Positions 1 to 13,108 of a stretch of DNA of 64,000 nucleotides are shown one piece after another. Made by a program: the position numbers and the translations under genes. Below the pieces are notes generated by a model. The model saw nothing but the letters and a program-made list of their open reading frames with translations. It was not told where the DNA came from and made no database searches. The DNA is from Phoronis australis (lineage: Eukaryota; Animalia; Phoronida), in contig NMRA01000278.1 of assembly GCA_002633005.1 (NCBI GenBank), positions 227,144-291,143 of the forward strand. The letters run 5' to 3'. The stretch's first letter is position 1; each line of letters begins with the position of its first letter.

Positions 1-110
1 GCACTGTCTCGTCTTTAGGTCACACATTGGGGTGTAGAAGAGAAGCGGGGCGGCTGTCATATTAATGGAACAGTCAGGACCGGCAAAACTTTCGTTGCAG
101 ACACAAGAAC
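1..110 (-). CDS. VWDE-like exon (EGF-like C-half; continues past window edge)
   Basis: Acceptor cacttcag; (G)SCVCNESFAGPDCSINMTAAPLLFYTPMCDLKTRQC; phase 1 matches the preceding exon. Confidence 0.88.
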
Positions 111-684
111 CTGAAGTGTTTTGAAGAGAGAAGCATTCCACGCCAATATCAACACTTAAAAGAACACTAAACCCTGTTTTGGTGATTTCTGAAAATCGTC
201 GGTCTGTCACCTGCTAATCTTATAATTGGCGTCAATTTTGAAAAATAAAAACAGCAGTCAACTAAAACTCATACCCCCTATCTCATTAATTGTACATTAT
301 GGTGCTTTTCCTCCACGCTTTTGAGGTTTGTCAATGGTAACAGGGCATTAGTTTGTTTCAGAGAACTGGACGGTGGAGTCGTTTCTGGTATTTGTTAATA
401 GGACAAAACTGGGTTTAGTATTATTTCAACTTATCATTTTAGCGGAACAGTAAAGTTGTGAAAAGTCTGCGGCACACGCACGAACCCAGGATGTTAAACA
501 AGAGGCAAATAATGTCAAATCCAACCAATAAGAATCCATCAGTCCTATTACATATGTCTAAGTCTGTTACGACAATAATAATCAAATACAGCGGACCATT
601 GTTCTAAGTCTTCCTTTCACAATAATCAGTCGTTATAGGGTTCCAGGGCCATTTATTTAAAAACGGTTTTGTTTAACAGCCTAC

Positions 685-874
685 CATTAATACAGGCGCC
701 ATTGCCATTGCATTCGTTGAAGCATAGAACGCCCTCTATATCCGGTGGAGGTACGGTGACGTTAGAGTCAGGTGACTGGGGTACCCATCGCGTGGTGTTT
801 TTGTCCAGTTCGGACATACACTGCTGTTTAACAGTATCCAGGGCAGCAGATGCCCAGTTAGGGTCATTCGTGGC
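685..874 (-). CDS. VWDE-like exon (Cys-rich region and start of EGF)
   Basis: tttag|ATNDPNWASAALDTVKQQCMSELDKNTTRW...LCFNECNGNGACIN(G)|gtaggc; 190 nt, phase 0-1. Confidence 0.9.
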
Positions 875-1777
875 CTAAATGCAGAAACCATATTGAAGCA
901 CGTTTTCTGTTTTCAGATACCTGCCTATGAGTGGATTTTCACGAGAAAAGAAAACTCTTTATGTTATGTAAGGACGTTAGAAAAATACCATGCTTTGAGA
1001 CTGAAACTTTTAGATACTATGTTTCAGACACTATTTGCTGTTAAACTTTACAATTTCCACTTTTGAACAGAAGCTAACAAAAATGATATTTTTATAATTT
1101 TGATGACGAACTCAAAAGCTGCACAAAATGTTAAAGATACCGTTATTTTTTATGGATGCGGCCTTCTTTTTTCATAAAATGTACTAAAACACTGGATTGT
1201 GTGGCCCATCCAATGGAGGCTTCGTATTTTAAACTCTTTTTACGTTCAGAGAATATGACTTAAGCTCTAGCTTTGTAGGCTAATGCAAAAAAGCAATTCA
1301 TTTGTAGACAATCGAAACATTTCTGATCTACCATACGTGTATATGCCAGCGTCTCAAAGCACATGCCTCCATTTCCAGATACACCTGTATCTATAGGCCT
1401 ATCTGATTTTAGGGGCGTGGTATTTGATGCAAAAACACTAGGATACAACCAAAAAGCCAATTAGGGACACACAAATAGAACTTTGAATGAATCTAAGGCG
1501 TATGTCAAACGAATGACTTTTTTATAAATTGCCTACTTTAGGTAAACTTGATACACACATAAACAGAAAGCCAAGTTACGTGGGATTTGCTATACTAAAT
1601 GTAGAGCTGGGATGCACATCTGTTCACCTATAGTTGTTTCTTTCTCTGTTAACTGATGTAAAGTATCGTTAAAACATATACCGGACCCTTCCCCCCGGCT
1701 AGATGAGCTTGCATCAATGTATTTTGCATGAAAGCAAGTCTAAAATATATGCTAACTATTTGACTGTGCAAACATAC

Positions 1778-1927
1778 CATTAAGTCTAGAACGCAAGCAT
1801 CTATAGGTCCATCAGTATCGATGTTTAGAGCAGAACACTTCCGCCCTGCCTCTGTACCGGAAATGTAATTGGTGCAGTATTGTTGAGCTGTCTCATTCGT
1901 GAAGGGGGCTGCACGTCGGTGTCGAGA
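1778..1927 (-). CDS. VWDE-like exon (post-VWD Cys-rich region)
   Basis: ttctag|SRHRRAAPFTNETAQQYCTNYISGTEAGRKCSALNIDTDGPIDACVLDLM|gtatgt; 150 nt, phase 0-0; not in the ORF track. Confidence 0.87.
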
Positions 1928-2202
1928 CTAGAATAGAGTGGAAAACGTTTTGGTTCCAAAAAACATGATTATCTTTCAATAACGTCACATTCAGCTATAG
2001 TTTAATACACGACTAACACAAGTTTATTCGTAGTTACAACGTGTCCTAAAGTCCAAGGCTCTGGTTCAGTCTCGAACCATCTTCAAAGTTATATAAGAAG
2101 CACATTGGCAAAGAAAAAATACACGAATACAGCATGTATCAGAGCTCTAATTGGAACGTTGCCAGCAAATCATTGATTTCAATTTATCAGACTTGAACAA
2201 CG

Positions 2203-2463
2203 CATGCACACCCATGGGGGCTCGAGTGGCTCAAACGAGCCCCCCTTCCCCCATCTGGCAAAGTGGGCAAAACGGTTCGCCTCGGAGAAACACAAAACTG
2301 CAAAAACAAAGACGAAAACGAGACAAAGTGCACTAAAAGACAGGTACTACCAAAATTCGGGAATGCACAATTCATAGCTATGAACGTACCAAGTGAATCT
2401 AAGTAAAATGTCCACATTCTCAAAAATTTAAGCCCCCATTTTTTTAGGCTGGGTGCGCGCATG
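2203..2463 (+). mobile_element. MITE with CATGC(G/A)C..ACCC terminal inverted repeats (family A)
   Basis: Starts catgcacacccatggggg, ends gggtgcgcgcatg; related copies at 32123-32361, 44750-44987 and 45608-45810. Confidence 0.7.
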
Positions 2464-2507
2464 AGCTACGTGCGAGTATCGCAATCATACAAACGAAACA
2501 AACTTAC

Positions 2508-2835
2508 AGGACTTTCGTTTGAGGACACAATGTCATCTGCTCGTGGTTGAGCCACTAAAGTATAATCACTTTCGTCGTAATCCAAAAAGTCTACATGGTC
2601 GTGCCAGCTTGTATCTCGTCGTCTACGACAGGGCTCAAATCTACTATCTGAAACGTCACGCTGATTTCGTTTTGGCTGACACCGTGGGACGTCGCCTCCA
2701 GTTCTGCATTCACTAACGTCCACAACGCCTTGGGCGTCGCATGTGCAGTACAAATGTCCGTCGAAGTTTGACAAACGCTCGTCGTTTTTAAATGAGCCTG
2801 AATGCCAATGAAGTATGCTGTTTTTCTCTTCCAAC
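2508..2835 (-). CDS. VWDE-like exon (post-VWD)
   Basis: ttgcag|(R)LEEKNSILHW...LYCTCD...CRRRRDT...NESP|gtaagt; 328 nt, phase 2-0; matches ORF 2466..2834. Confidence 0.88.
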
Positions 2836-3324
2836 CTGCAATGTTATCCAGAAAATTGATGCTCTATAAAAATTAAAATCATATATCAGGTTGTGAATGA
2901 ATAGCCTGAATCTAAGTAACCTGCACTATCAGACTTTACAGGTAACCACACCGGAAATTGAGGGATTTATAACCACGTGACTTATATTTACCAGAATGCG
3001 ACGAATAAGAACGAATGCAGTATGATGAGTTCTACTGCATCCATCTTGCGTAGAGGTAAATGTGCTTTTTCCTCATGGACCCGTCGAAAGAAAGAGTAAC
3101 GCAAATGTAGAGGAAGCGGAAGCTGGAAGGTTTCTGATCTTGACAACAGATCGCGTTCCCGTCAATAATAACAGTAACTTACAGTTTTAGTTTGAATATC
3201 TGATGCGAAATGTTGGCAAGTTGGCTGATCATTTTAATGCCCAGTTTCTCCCACAATCACAGTACACATTCCACCATCAATCATTACGTTGGGTGGCTCT
3301 TATACAACATGCAATTCAACTTAC

Positions 3325-3560
3325 CTCCAGCTTTCAGTAAACTCAAGTGGGTGGTAAGGATAACCATAGCACTGCTGACCGTAATCAGCTGGCAGAGTCT
3401 GTGATCCTTTCGGAATAAGGTCGTTTGAGCAGTTCAGGTCGTAGCGCCCGCACAGTCCTTCTGTCTGCTCTAAATCTCTAAGGGATGCTTCAACGTATAG
3501 GTTTATGAACGAGCTCCAAGAATCTTCAATGATAACTGACGTACCTGTGTGTAGTTGAAC
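3325..3560 (-). CDS. VWDE-like exon (VWD C-terminal part)
   Basis: VQLHTGTSVII...TEGLCGRYDLNCSNDL...FTESWR; VWD GLCG-x-Y/F-D motif and F..SWR; 236 nt, phase 0-2. Confidence 0.93.
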
Positions 3561-3867
3561 CTTGGGATAATAAAGTAAACTGTTGTTATTTCCTAACCGG
3601 TGACGAACGAATAATGACAACTACTTCTGAGACATGAATGTAGTCGGCTCTGGTTGGAGTTATATGGCGATTTCGTCATACGAGAACCCATTTCTTTAAT
3701 TTACTAAAACGTGACAAAGAATTACTTCTCAGATTGCATTCATACCCATACTCATACAACTGACTCACAATAACCCGTGTCTTAGTATTTAAATACAATA
3801 TGTTCTGGAACTTTTGACCAGTAAGCAAACAGAAAACAATTTCTACAGCCAAAAAAGTGATAACTTT

Positions 3868-4420
3868 AGCCATACCACTCCAAAAGGTGAAGTTATAGGG
3901 GCAATCACGGCTATATCACGTCCACAGGACTCTGGCCACCAGTTTTGCCTTTCCCTATGGTTGCCAACAAATCTCTCATCCTGATAGTGCCTTCCTCTTA
4001 CAACGCCCTCTATCAAAACCTCTTGCAGATTCCACAAAAATAACGTTTTTTCACACCCACTCCAGAAGTATCTCACGGAAAGTAACTTCTTTGTTAATCG
4101 GACAACCACAGATAAAACCATAAATAAATGACGTTGTTCATACAACGCTGTGAGATCTAGAAAGTCGCAAGAGGAGGCACCGCAATTTTTGAAGGAAAAT
4201 GTTATGAAAATGGCCTATCGGCCGTGATTGTTTTCTGTTGGCAGTACTAATTAGGACAACTGTGCTTTGCAAAACTAGTGAGACATTTAGTTTCGACCCT
4301 TGCAAAAGGAGTCTTGCCAAAGCTGTTGCTTGTCTAGTACATGTAAGTACACGTATCCTAATTCCGCAAGATAAGTTTTTGTCTTACTTTGTAAATCTAA
4401 GGTAGCTCAACAGATTGTTT
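3868..4420 (-). repeat. Dispersed repeat, probable DNA-transposon end
   Basis: Diverged inverted copy at about 46330-46918; both terminate at tttggagtggtatggct. Confidence 0.6.
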
Positions 4421-4890
4421 GGTCCTAGAATTTTTTGAGACTTGCGCCTGCTGAGATATCGTGAGGTATATGTATCCAATTTTGACCGTTTCTAAGTACT
4501 CGTCTTTCGGTTCACTTTTGGGTGGTACATGCACATTTCAGATAATTCCAGTTCATTGCCAAAAGATGCATTTTGGTGATAGATTTTGTAAAGTCATTGG
4601 CATTAATCAGGCTACAAAACAACAAAATCTGTTTTTGATTTTCTTACAAATCGTCAATTCTTACCGTGTCTTTAGACAGTCACTGACATCAAAGCAGGTA
4701 ACTTCACCGGTTGAATACGCTCAAAATGTTTTGATATTTATCGAGTAGGGTTTAGATTCGCCAGATTAACGTTTGTAGCCTGCTAAATTCGGGGATAAAG
4801 GTTCGATACCACCTGATGCAGATCTAAGAAAATTACTTTTCTCTTCCATACGTTTTCTTTCATTGATAAGACAAACGTTTGAATATTTAC

Positions 4891-5121
4891 CACATATCTC
4901 CGGCCGCCATTTTCCTGAAGGATTCTGGCTCCTCGTAGTTGGTTACATGAACCTCGAACAGCCACACGTAACCTGTTGCTAGTTCCCCACGAACTAATAT
5001 CAATCACACTTCGCCCACATTTATCAAATGTGATGACGTCACCAGCAGCCAATATTCCAACTGCACAGTTGCAGTATGGCGCACGATTGTTTCTGCCACA
5101 GCTTTTGTATTGAGCGTGAAC
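4891..5121 (-). CDS. VWDE-like exon (VWD)
   Basis: VHAQYKSCGRNNRAPYCNCAVGILAAGDVITFDKC...GGRRYV|gtaaat; CNCAV motif of VWDE-type VWD; 231 nt, phase 0-0. Confidence 0.92.
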
Positions 5122-5764
5122 CTTGAGAAATAAAGACGGGAGTGGGAAAAAGCTTTAGATGTCAACAGAATATGTGTTTTTCTATTTTAAGGGAAATTCC
5201 GTCAAATACGTAAATGGTTTAAAGAGGCTTGGAACGCGATAAACAGATTGAATTGCAATAAACACAATGGTTCTCTGCCATTGAAACATAATTCAGCCTG
5301 CTCACCGGGTATTTTCAGAGTATGCTTAATTGCTGTAGATATAAAGCATTTTCCTTCAGTTTCAAATTTCAAAAATACCGCTCCCCACTTGGTCGATTTT
5401 TCTCTCACAAGGCAAAGCACTTCTCCTTATTAGGTATCGTGGCAAGACATAGGTGTTGCATATTTCCCTTATATGGGAAATGTGACCTTTGACCTCAGGC
5501 GACTTGAAGCAACTGGTTCTGAGCTAAGGCACACATTTATTGTAAGTGAGAGGGAGATTAGAATCTCTGTGATAACCACGGAGTTTTTCATTCACGCTAT
5601 TTCAAAAATCGTGAATTTTGTGATTTTTTCTGTAAATTTTCTCACAAGGGAGAGTGAATTACTCTGTACTAGACGATGGAAGATGGTACTTTCGTCATGG
5701 ATTGTTTAAAGATATTTTTTACGAGCTTTCACGTTCCATGCCCTTTAAAAATTCAGGTGATTAC

Positions 5765-5828
5765 CTCCAGAGGTTCTGTCAGGTGTCTATACAGCACAAA
5801 CTCTCCTTCTTTCTGTAGTTCATAATAT
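5765..5828 (-). CDS. VWDE-like exon (VWD)
   Basis: tttacag|(R)YYELQKEGEFVLYRHLTEPLE|gtaat; GEFVLYR motif; 64 nt, phase 2-0. Confidence 0.9.
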
Positions 5829-5914
5829 CTGTAAAAATATAGTTAACAAACACGTTTTTTTAGGTATTTATTGCGAATCGTTGGCAATATTTCGAATTAT
5901 GCTGCAGTATCTGA

Positions 5915-6085
5915 ATTTCGGTAATATTTCATGAACGCAAAATATGAAAGGAGTTCTCTGGTTATAAATAATCAAAGCAAATAGGAATGACTTGGAAATT
6001 GTGAAATAAAAATATTGAGCTTGTGTTCTGTATTTTAGCCCAAAATCAATTTTAGTATCAGAAAAAGATAGAGTTCACAATATTT
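5915..6085 (+). repeat. Dispersed intronic repeat
   Basis: Similar to 8098-8265 (shared aataatcaaagcaaataggaatgacttgga). Confidence 0.6.
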
Positions 6086-6229
6086 CAAATTACATAACTG
6101 CAATTAGGGTAACCGGAGTTTCTCAGTAACAGTAAGCCTTCAGGTAATATTATCCATTTTTGATTCCACAAGTTTCTGACCAATACTAAGTAAGTACTCG
6201 GAATTCATGTGTACGTAAACGCCATTTAC

Positions 6230-6309
6230 CTGCCATCAAAGGACTTCATATGTGGGTCGTTGGTACTTCTGCATACAGCAACAGGCTTGTCTTTGTCTTT
6301 AATAAGAAC
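6230..6309 (-). CDS. VWDE-like exon (VWD start)
   Basis: tttcag|VLIKDKDKPVAVCRSTNDPHMKSFDG(R)|gtaaa; C...DPH..SFDG VWD signature; 80 nt, phase 0-2. Confidence 0.92.
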
Positions 6310-6460
6310 CTGAAAGCGTTCTGTCGCATATACATGTAGTGATACTAGCTATTATGCGCTATTATGCGCGTACAATGTGCGTATAATGTATGCATAATGT
6401 ATGTATCTCTCGTATTTAATGCCCTTATAATGTGTGTAATATATATATATATATATAAAT

Positions 6461-6599
6461 ACTAAATATGTATAAATTTATTATATGATATATGATCTAT
6501 ATATATATATACTATTCGTTATGCCTTACGCATTAGGCATCACGCATTCTGTATTATATATAGATCATATATCATATAATAAATTTATACATATTTAGT
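6461..6599. mobile_element. AT-rich foldback MITE
   Basis: Arms of about 45 bp (actaaatatgtataaatttattatatgatatatgatctatatata and its reverse complement) around a spacer of about 50 bp. Confidence 0.75.
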
Positions 6600-7545
6600 T
6601 TTCAAACACAAAGTTGTCCGCAATTTATCATTTTTTAAAGTTTCACGTTCAAAGCAAAAATGAATTCCTGTCACAATGTATGATTATGTGACGTTTAAAG
6701 GCATGAATTAAGATTTTTCAATTATCGAAATCACCGGTGAATATTACGCACATTGTTTGCAACCAGCATTTATTGCCCCAACTCTCATCCCAATTCTGAG
6801 TTAATAAATTCGGAGAAACATAATCAACACCCCTAAGTGTCTATTTTCATAACCATATTGTACAACAGGGATCCAAATACAGAGGCAACTGCCAGGAAAC
6901 TTCCGCGGCTATGAGACGCTGCACTAATTGTTTGTTCGCTTGGCAACTAATCGACATTACCATAATGTTGTCTTCTAAAAGTTTAAGGCGGTAGATACAG
7001 TATCAGTGCATGGTGCTTCTTCAACAAATAATTTTTTTAACTCAAAGTAGTCCGCTCACCACCTAAAAACCGCTAACGCGCACTTGAAGTTCGCTGCCGT
7101 AACCACATTTGAGAGGTTTCACCGAGAATTGTCCTATATTGCTTCGAAACATAACGCGAACAAATTCCAATTATGATATAAAGGAAAGTTTAAATTCATT
7201 ATTCACTGTTGTCTAAGGTTTTCTTTTTCAAAAGGTCACACGATCGAAATCATAAAAGAGGAGTGTAGTAGCGTATTAGCTGAACGAAAAACTAGCCAAG
7301 AAACGATGATATAGCAAGTTGCCAACTGGGAGATGGTTGGTGGTGATAGTAGCCACACCTCGTTTGCTGCACAGTTCATTTTGAAGCATTTGGGATACTT
7401 GGGCGTGTTTTACTCTGCCCAGGTTTGTAAAGCCACCCTATTCGAACTCTGGATCCGCATTCAGACCCCCTTCGCATCTTAATCATCTACCGGGCGAGTC
7501 TTTCGTCGTAGTTTGGATATGCCCTTGGCGTCCCTTGGGTCTTAC

Positions 7546-7638
7546 CTTAATTTCTGGGAGGTGATAATTTGCCCAAGCACTGTGACCTATGACCTGGCTA
7601 GGTGTACGAAGTCTAACAGAACGCAGCACGTGGTCGCC
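7546..7638 (-). CDS. VWDE-like exon (pre-VWD linker)
   Basis: ccaacag|GDHVLRSVRLRTPSQVIGHSAWANYHLPEIK|gtaaga; 93 nt, phase 0-0. Confidence 0.85.
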
Positions 7639-8785
7639 CTGTTGGAGAAGAAAAGCAAACATAGGCACTGTTTATATTTGAACATCATCGAGTATACTCT
7701 TGAATTCAAAAACCTAGATAACGGCGCCGCGCCTTAATGAATCACCTCATAAACAGGTTTACATCCTTTGAAAACTATGTCAAAAGGTTGACCTTGTCAC
7801 ACAGACGGTAACAGCGTAGAGACAGCTGATCTTGCGTAATCGCAAAACGTGACTTTTGATTGACGAGTTAACGTAAAAGACCGTTAACAAAATGCAACCT
7901 TCAGTTTTTTTAGAAAGTCTAGCCATCCAGGAAATAATGCAACGTAGTAAATGTATCTTAATCGGCTTTAAATAACATTATCTTTTTTCTGAAGCTGAAG
8001 GTGGCGCTGCTGATTTTTTTGTCTGAAAGGTCATTGTAATGAGGTAGCAATGAGTTACACAGAAAAACGATACTCATGTTTCGTGTCAACACGTCTCAAT
8101 TTCGGTAATATTCCATTGTAACAAAGTGTGAAAAGAATTCCTTGATTAAAATAATCAAAGCAAATAGGAATGACTTGGAGTTTGTGACTTTAACACATTA
8201 AGCTTGTTTGATGTATTTTAGCCCCACATCATTTTTGATACCAGAAAAATTTACAGTTTACAGCGTACACTTTTCTTACCTGGGTAATTGGTTACTTTAA
8301 TCTGGGGCAGGACACAATGATGACACCCCGGCCGTAGCTTGGACCCCTTCTCCCGGTAGCCATTAATTTGGAGCAGCATGGGTAGGACCCATTCACACCG
8401 CCATTGGATGGGAGCCACCCATCCACCCGGTCGCGTCGTAACTTAGTCCCCCTCCCAGTCGTTTCCTAGTTCCGGCACTGGCACTCTTTTCTGGTGCCCG
8501 GGAGCAACTACCCCACTCCCCAACCTAAACTTTGCATGAGACTCGGCTAGAATTTTGTAAACTGAAAGTTTTTCAAGCCTGTCACGTGATTAACCATTGT
8601 TTAAGCCGGGTCTAGAACGAATGTTGGTGGCCAGAGTGCCAGATGATGGATTGGATTCTACAACATGCATTTCTGTCATGGATTAAAGTACTTGCAATGC
8701 GTGCCTAAATGTGGGTAAGGCCCACACAATTACACGCGCCCAGTGATATCACCATTAGCCATCCGTACCACACTACTTCACGTAC

Positions 8786-9058
8786 CCGTTCTATTTTACC
8801 ATCAACTGATGCACGAACTTTTATGGTATGGATATCACTCCAGTTAGATTTATGTATCTTAGTGCCACAGCTTGTCGCCATAGCAACTTGAGGTATGGCT
8901 TCTCCAGTGGAACAGTGGGCGCCATCCTGGCTATCTCCAGGTACAAAAGCCAAAATATCCAGCGGTTCGTCACCAAAGTAGGGTGCGTGCAGTTTGAGAC
9001 GGATGTCGATTTCATTGTCCTCCTGTACCTCAATTGGTTGATCAGAGTAATCTAAAAT
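8786..9058 (-). CDS. VWDE-like exon (pre-VWD region)
   Basis: taatag|ILDYSDQPIEVQED...SCGTKIHKSNWSDIHTIKVRASVDGKIER|gtacgt; 273 nt, phase 0-0. Confidence 0.82.
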
Positions 9059-10479
9059 CTATTAAAAATAACCCCAGTAGTTAGAGATTTGTATTTAATA
9101 CCACACTTGCTCGCAGTGCAGCCAGATTGGCAATAACAGCAGTAATGACGAAAACATTTTCAAAGATATTACAGATGGCAAACTGTAAATAAAATTTGTT
9201 GAATTGCCCAAACATTCCGGACATCAGCGCCTTGGGCGTGACATAAAAATTAAACAAAAACGATGACGTGGGTAAACGTATCTGAGTAGCACTAAGCCTT
9301 GTGCTTAAAAATAGTTTCATGAAAATGCATACATTTCAAGCGACAATATCATTAATCAGTAACACGTCTCAAACCAACCTCTCCAAAAGATTCGCTGCAT
9401 TTTTCTGGTGGTAAAACTCAATCAGCTCAATGAGCTAAATCTCATTCTTATTTAGCTCATTGATCAGGCTGACGAATCAGAATTCCCTACTCTGGCACAT
9501 TTTATCGTTCTAAGAACTGGTGTCAAGCCAAGTGAAATAGGGATATTCAATTGATCGGTGAAAAATGACTTGCGAGGTACATGTAAGACAGAAATTATGA
9601 TTTACGCCCCCACATGTCTTAATACAAGTGTTGCCACGCAATTGTCAGAACATTACAGTTAAGAAATACTCTATGTAAATTATTCTAAGCAGATACCAAT
9701 TGTCGGTACATGTTTGAAGACCCTTTGCCATTGCTGAGTTGAGACAAAGTAAGTTTTCCAAAGACACGAAGCCCATGCAGGTTATAGGACTTCGCCATTT
9801 ACTGTCTACGAATATAAGTGGTGTATACACAATCCTGTTTCTGAGGCACAGGGCAGACAAATTATATGTTTGTGATTGACCGAAAAATGCGACCAGAGCT
9901 ACCGCAATCTAAATTCAATACGAGATGGATTCTCACAGCAAACGTAACAAAAGTTTTTTTACAGCATCCTTTATTCTTTTTGATGGGGAGTATTGTGGAA
10001 TTTACGAGTACACTGGTAGAAAACATGCCCTAAAGTCCTTCAGTAGACTTCGCTCTAATTGGATCTAGGGGCACGGGTGTTGATTGTTTTTTGGAGACTT
10101 CTACTAAGTGTTGAACTCTAACTTACACTATTGACGTAATGCTAAGACATTGGTCATATAACGGCCACAAGAGAGTAAGGGCAGATCGTGGCCAACCAAT
10201 AACGCTTTAGTTTGACCTGTGGTAGAAAGAAGTGACGCCCTTTGTCAATCTGGCGGTGAAATGAATTGAATTAGATTGAGATAACCAAATAAATCTAAAA
10301 GACCTCAATGAAGTCAAATCTGATCGTGGATTTTTCGTTTTGAAGAGAACGTGTAAAGTTCGCTTACCATTTTCAGAAGCATTTACATGCTCTGTTTACT
10401 GGACATACATTGCGTTTGGTTACTTACATGTATGCCTCATGAGCAAGAGTCGTATATGTATTGAATATTCACAACTTAC

Positions 10480-10560
10480 TTCAATGCCCAGAAGTTTGTT
10501 GTTACTTTGACGCCATTGACTGTATAGTTCACCAGTAAAGTAGCGAGCCTTGCATGAGAT
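10480..10560 (-). CDS. VWDE-like exon
   Basis: ctctag|ISCKARYFTGELYSQWRQSNNKLLGIE|gtaagt; 81 nt, phase 0-0. Confidence 0.82.
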
Positions 10561-10767
10561 CTAGAGCAAAAAAAGGCTGCATGTAATCTTTGAAAACAGT
10601 AATTGAAAATGGACTTTCTGAATGTTAAAATGTGCAAATTATTAGGCAAAGAACAGTGGGAGTATATTGCATCACATAACCAGAAATTAAATACCATACT
10701 TGAGAAAAAATACCACGCCTGCGTTTAACAAGTTTCTTTCTAAAACTAAAACCTTGATCGAACTCAC

Positions 10768-11000
10768 CTCTTTACCAAAGTAAGACCAAAATTTTCGGTC
10801 TTCCTCATCCAAATCTATTTGCGCTAGTTGAGTTTTCACGCGCTTGAAATCAATTTGGTTAACTCCAGCTAGCCATAATATCTCTACAGTGACGAGTTCA
10901 TTGTTGGTTGGCAGCCGTACTGAACATCTAAAGTTGAAGGAATTGGTCTTGGGTTCAAGCGAAATAACTGGGTCGTGTTGAAGTTCGATAATACTGGAAA
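10768..11000 (-). CDS. VWDE-like exon (Ig-like region)
   Basis: ctcacag|(L)SSIIELQHDPVISLEPKTNSFNFRCSV...EILW...YFGKE|gtgagt; 233 nt, phase 1-0. Confidence 0.82.
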
Positions 11001-11714
11001 CTGTGAGAAAAATAATCAATTAAATATGATGTACAAATCGATGGTGAAGTAACCTTCGTAATGGGATGTGTGAAGATGTTTTCGTTCAGGACATGAGACA
11101 CTCGCAATTGTGTTTTCTGACATGAGCATGCATGTTTCGTGTATCAATAAAAATGTAAAAACTGAAAAGAGTGGTCCAATAATGCAATGCAACGCGCGTT
11201 TGCATTAACATAAAATTAATCAGCTGCATTGCTTTACCTGAAAAAAATGTTTTCATTTCGATTATCAGGTGGATTAGTGATGATGGTCTATAGCTGTAAA
11301 GCTCACAAGTTTAGTTCAGGGCGAGAAATGCATTATGTCTGTCACGTAAAAGAGCAAATTTGTTTGCTCCTCCAAAAACCTTCGAAAGTTCATCAAAAGG
11401 GAATTACGAAATCTTGTCTTACGCTCCAAATAATTACTTCCGAAAAATAATTCAATCTCAATTCAACAAAGCGGAATGTTTCTGAGAATCTTCATCCTTC
11501 TATCAGAGCTGTTTTGAATTGCATTATTTACATGAACCAAACTGAGTTCAATTGTTCGTGCGACCAAAGTTCAATACCATACACGGTACATTCCTCTATG
11601 ATGTTGGTGAATATCAAAATTTGACATGCAGCGACGATTCATTTTGAACTACTGGATCATTTTAGAATTAATCATGTGAAGAAAGAATGAATCGTATTAA
11701 ACTTGAAGACTTAC

Positions 11715-11777
11715 GCCTACACCCAGGAGTAAATCCTGTTGGCGACACTTGTCCAGGCGGGCACAATGAGTGGTCTC
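11715..11777 (-). CDS. VWDE-like exon (short Cys motif after D8C)
   Basis: tttcag|(G)DHSLCPPGQVSPTGFTPGCR|gtaagt; 63 nt, phase 1-1. Confidence 0.85.
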
Positions 11778-12506
11778 CTGAAACAACAGATTGACAGCAA
11801 TGGTGTACTTTAGTCTTCAGCTGTTTTTTTGACATGGTGGGGTAACTGTATCAAGACAGTGGCAGTGCTTGATTCAGCCCAATATCTCACAATATCAAAA
11901 CGGCTTTTTACAAAACCAGATAGACTATTGACTTTAACGATGTAATTTATAGACCAAGGGTTAGTTCAATTCTACACCATCCCTCTCACGCACTTATTGT
12001 AACTCATGTTGGCTACTAAGTTGGTTGTCTGAGAGAGAAGTCGTAGAACCAATCAAAAGCGCCAATATGGTCTAAAATGATTCGTCTTAGTACTCCCCAG
12101 AGTTAAATACTATTCTTATGTACATTTAATGCTCGTTCAAAACGAGTCTTTTTGCGGAATTTCTTGCGGAACTTAAATACCTAGAATATTCCACAAAAAA
12201 TCAGAAAAAGAGACTGGCATGAACGAAAAATACTAAGATCAAAATGTCCAGTCTTGGGTTCACACACATTAAGTGTTGGTGTTGGACCCAGGAAATCATA
12301 ATAGAGTTGGTAACTTCTCACAATAATAATCATAATGGGTAGAATTGTAGTTGAGACTGTTAGTGATTCAGCCAAATGGTACGTATCGTTTTGTCCTTGA
12401 CCTTTACCGAAATGAAAGATTTTACGGAGTAAATTGTACATTGGGAATAGTTTACCCTTTAACATAGTCGGTTGCTCGTAGTATCGGCGATGCACACAAT
12501 GCTTAC

Positions 12507-12674
12507 CAAAGCAATAGGCAGATGCACACGTTTGAGGGGGCGTCAAGTAATAGGCCACCACCTGATCACTGCACGCCTTCACTTTCAAGGCAATGGTGTA
12601 CGCACAACAGTTGTCACCCACTGTAAGACATGCTTGTCTGTTGACGATACCGTCTCCTGGCAACGGTATATCAC
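12507..12674 (-). CDS. D8C domain exon 3, duplicate copy (probably allelic)
   Basis: (G)DIPLPGDGIVNRQACLTVGDNCCAYTIALKVKACSDQVVAYYLTPPQTCASAYCF; 168 nt, phase 1-1; near-identical to 13795-13962. Confidence 0.8.
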
Positions 12675-13108
12675 CTGAAAAGACAAAGTTTCATTGACTT
12701 CCACCAAAGCTAGTCCACTAGCTCGTATGTCATTTTGCGACAAGTGGACATTGTTTTGCAAACGACGTCGAGAAGCTCGCCCGAACTGCTTGTGGCGTTT
12801 GCCAATGTTGGAGATTGGGAAGTTTGGCTAGGGTTCCTGAGCGTAATTTTGTTTTAGTTACTGTTCTAGAGGAAGCTCACATCCTTTAAAAGATATACTT
12901 ACACACCTAATCCAACTTCATAAGTCTCTACAACAATGAACGTGTAATAGGATGAGAAGAGCATTCCTCACACACAGTCACATTACAATGAACTTTTAAT
13001 GCATTTGAGTGCATGGTGTTTTGACATTTCTGTGGTGTAGTGCTTACATCCAAACTTGAGCGATACACGTACAGATCTCTGAAAATTTTGATCTGGGATT
13101 TTTTATAG

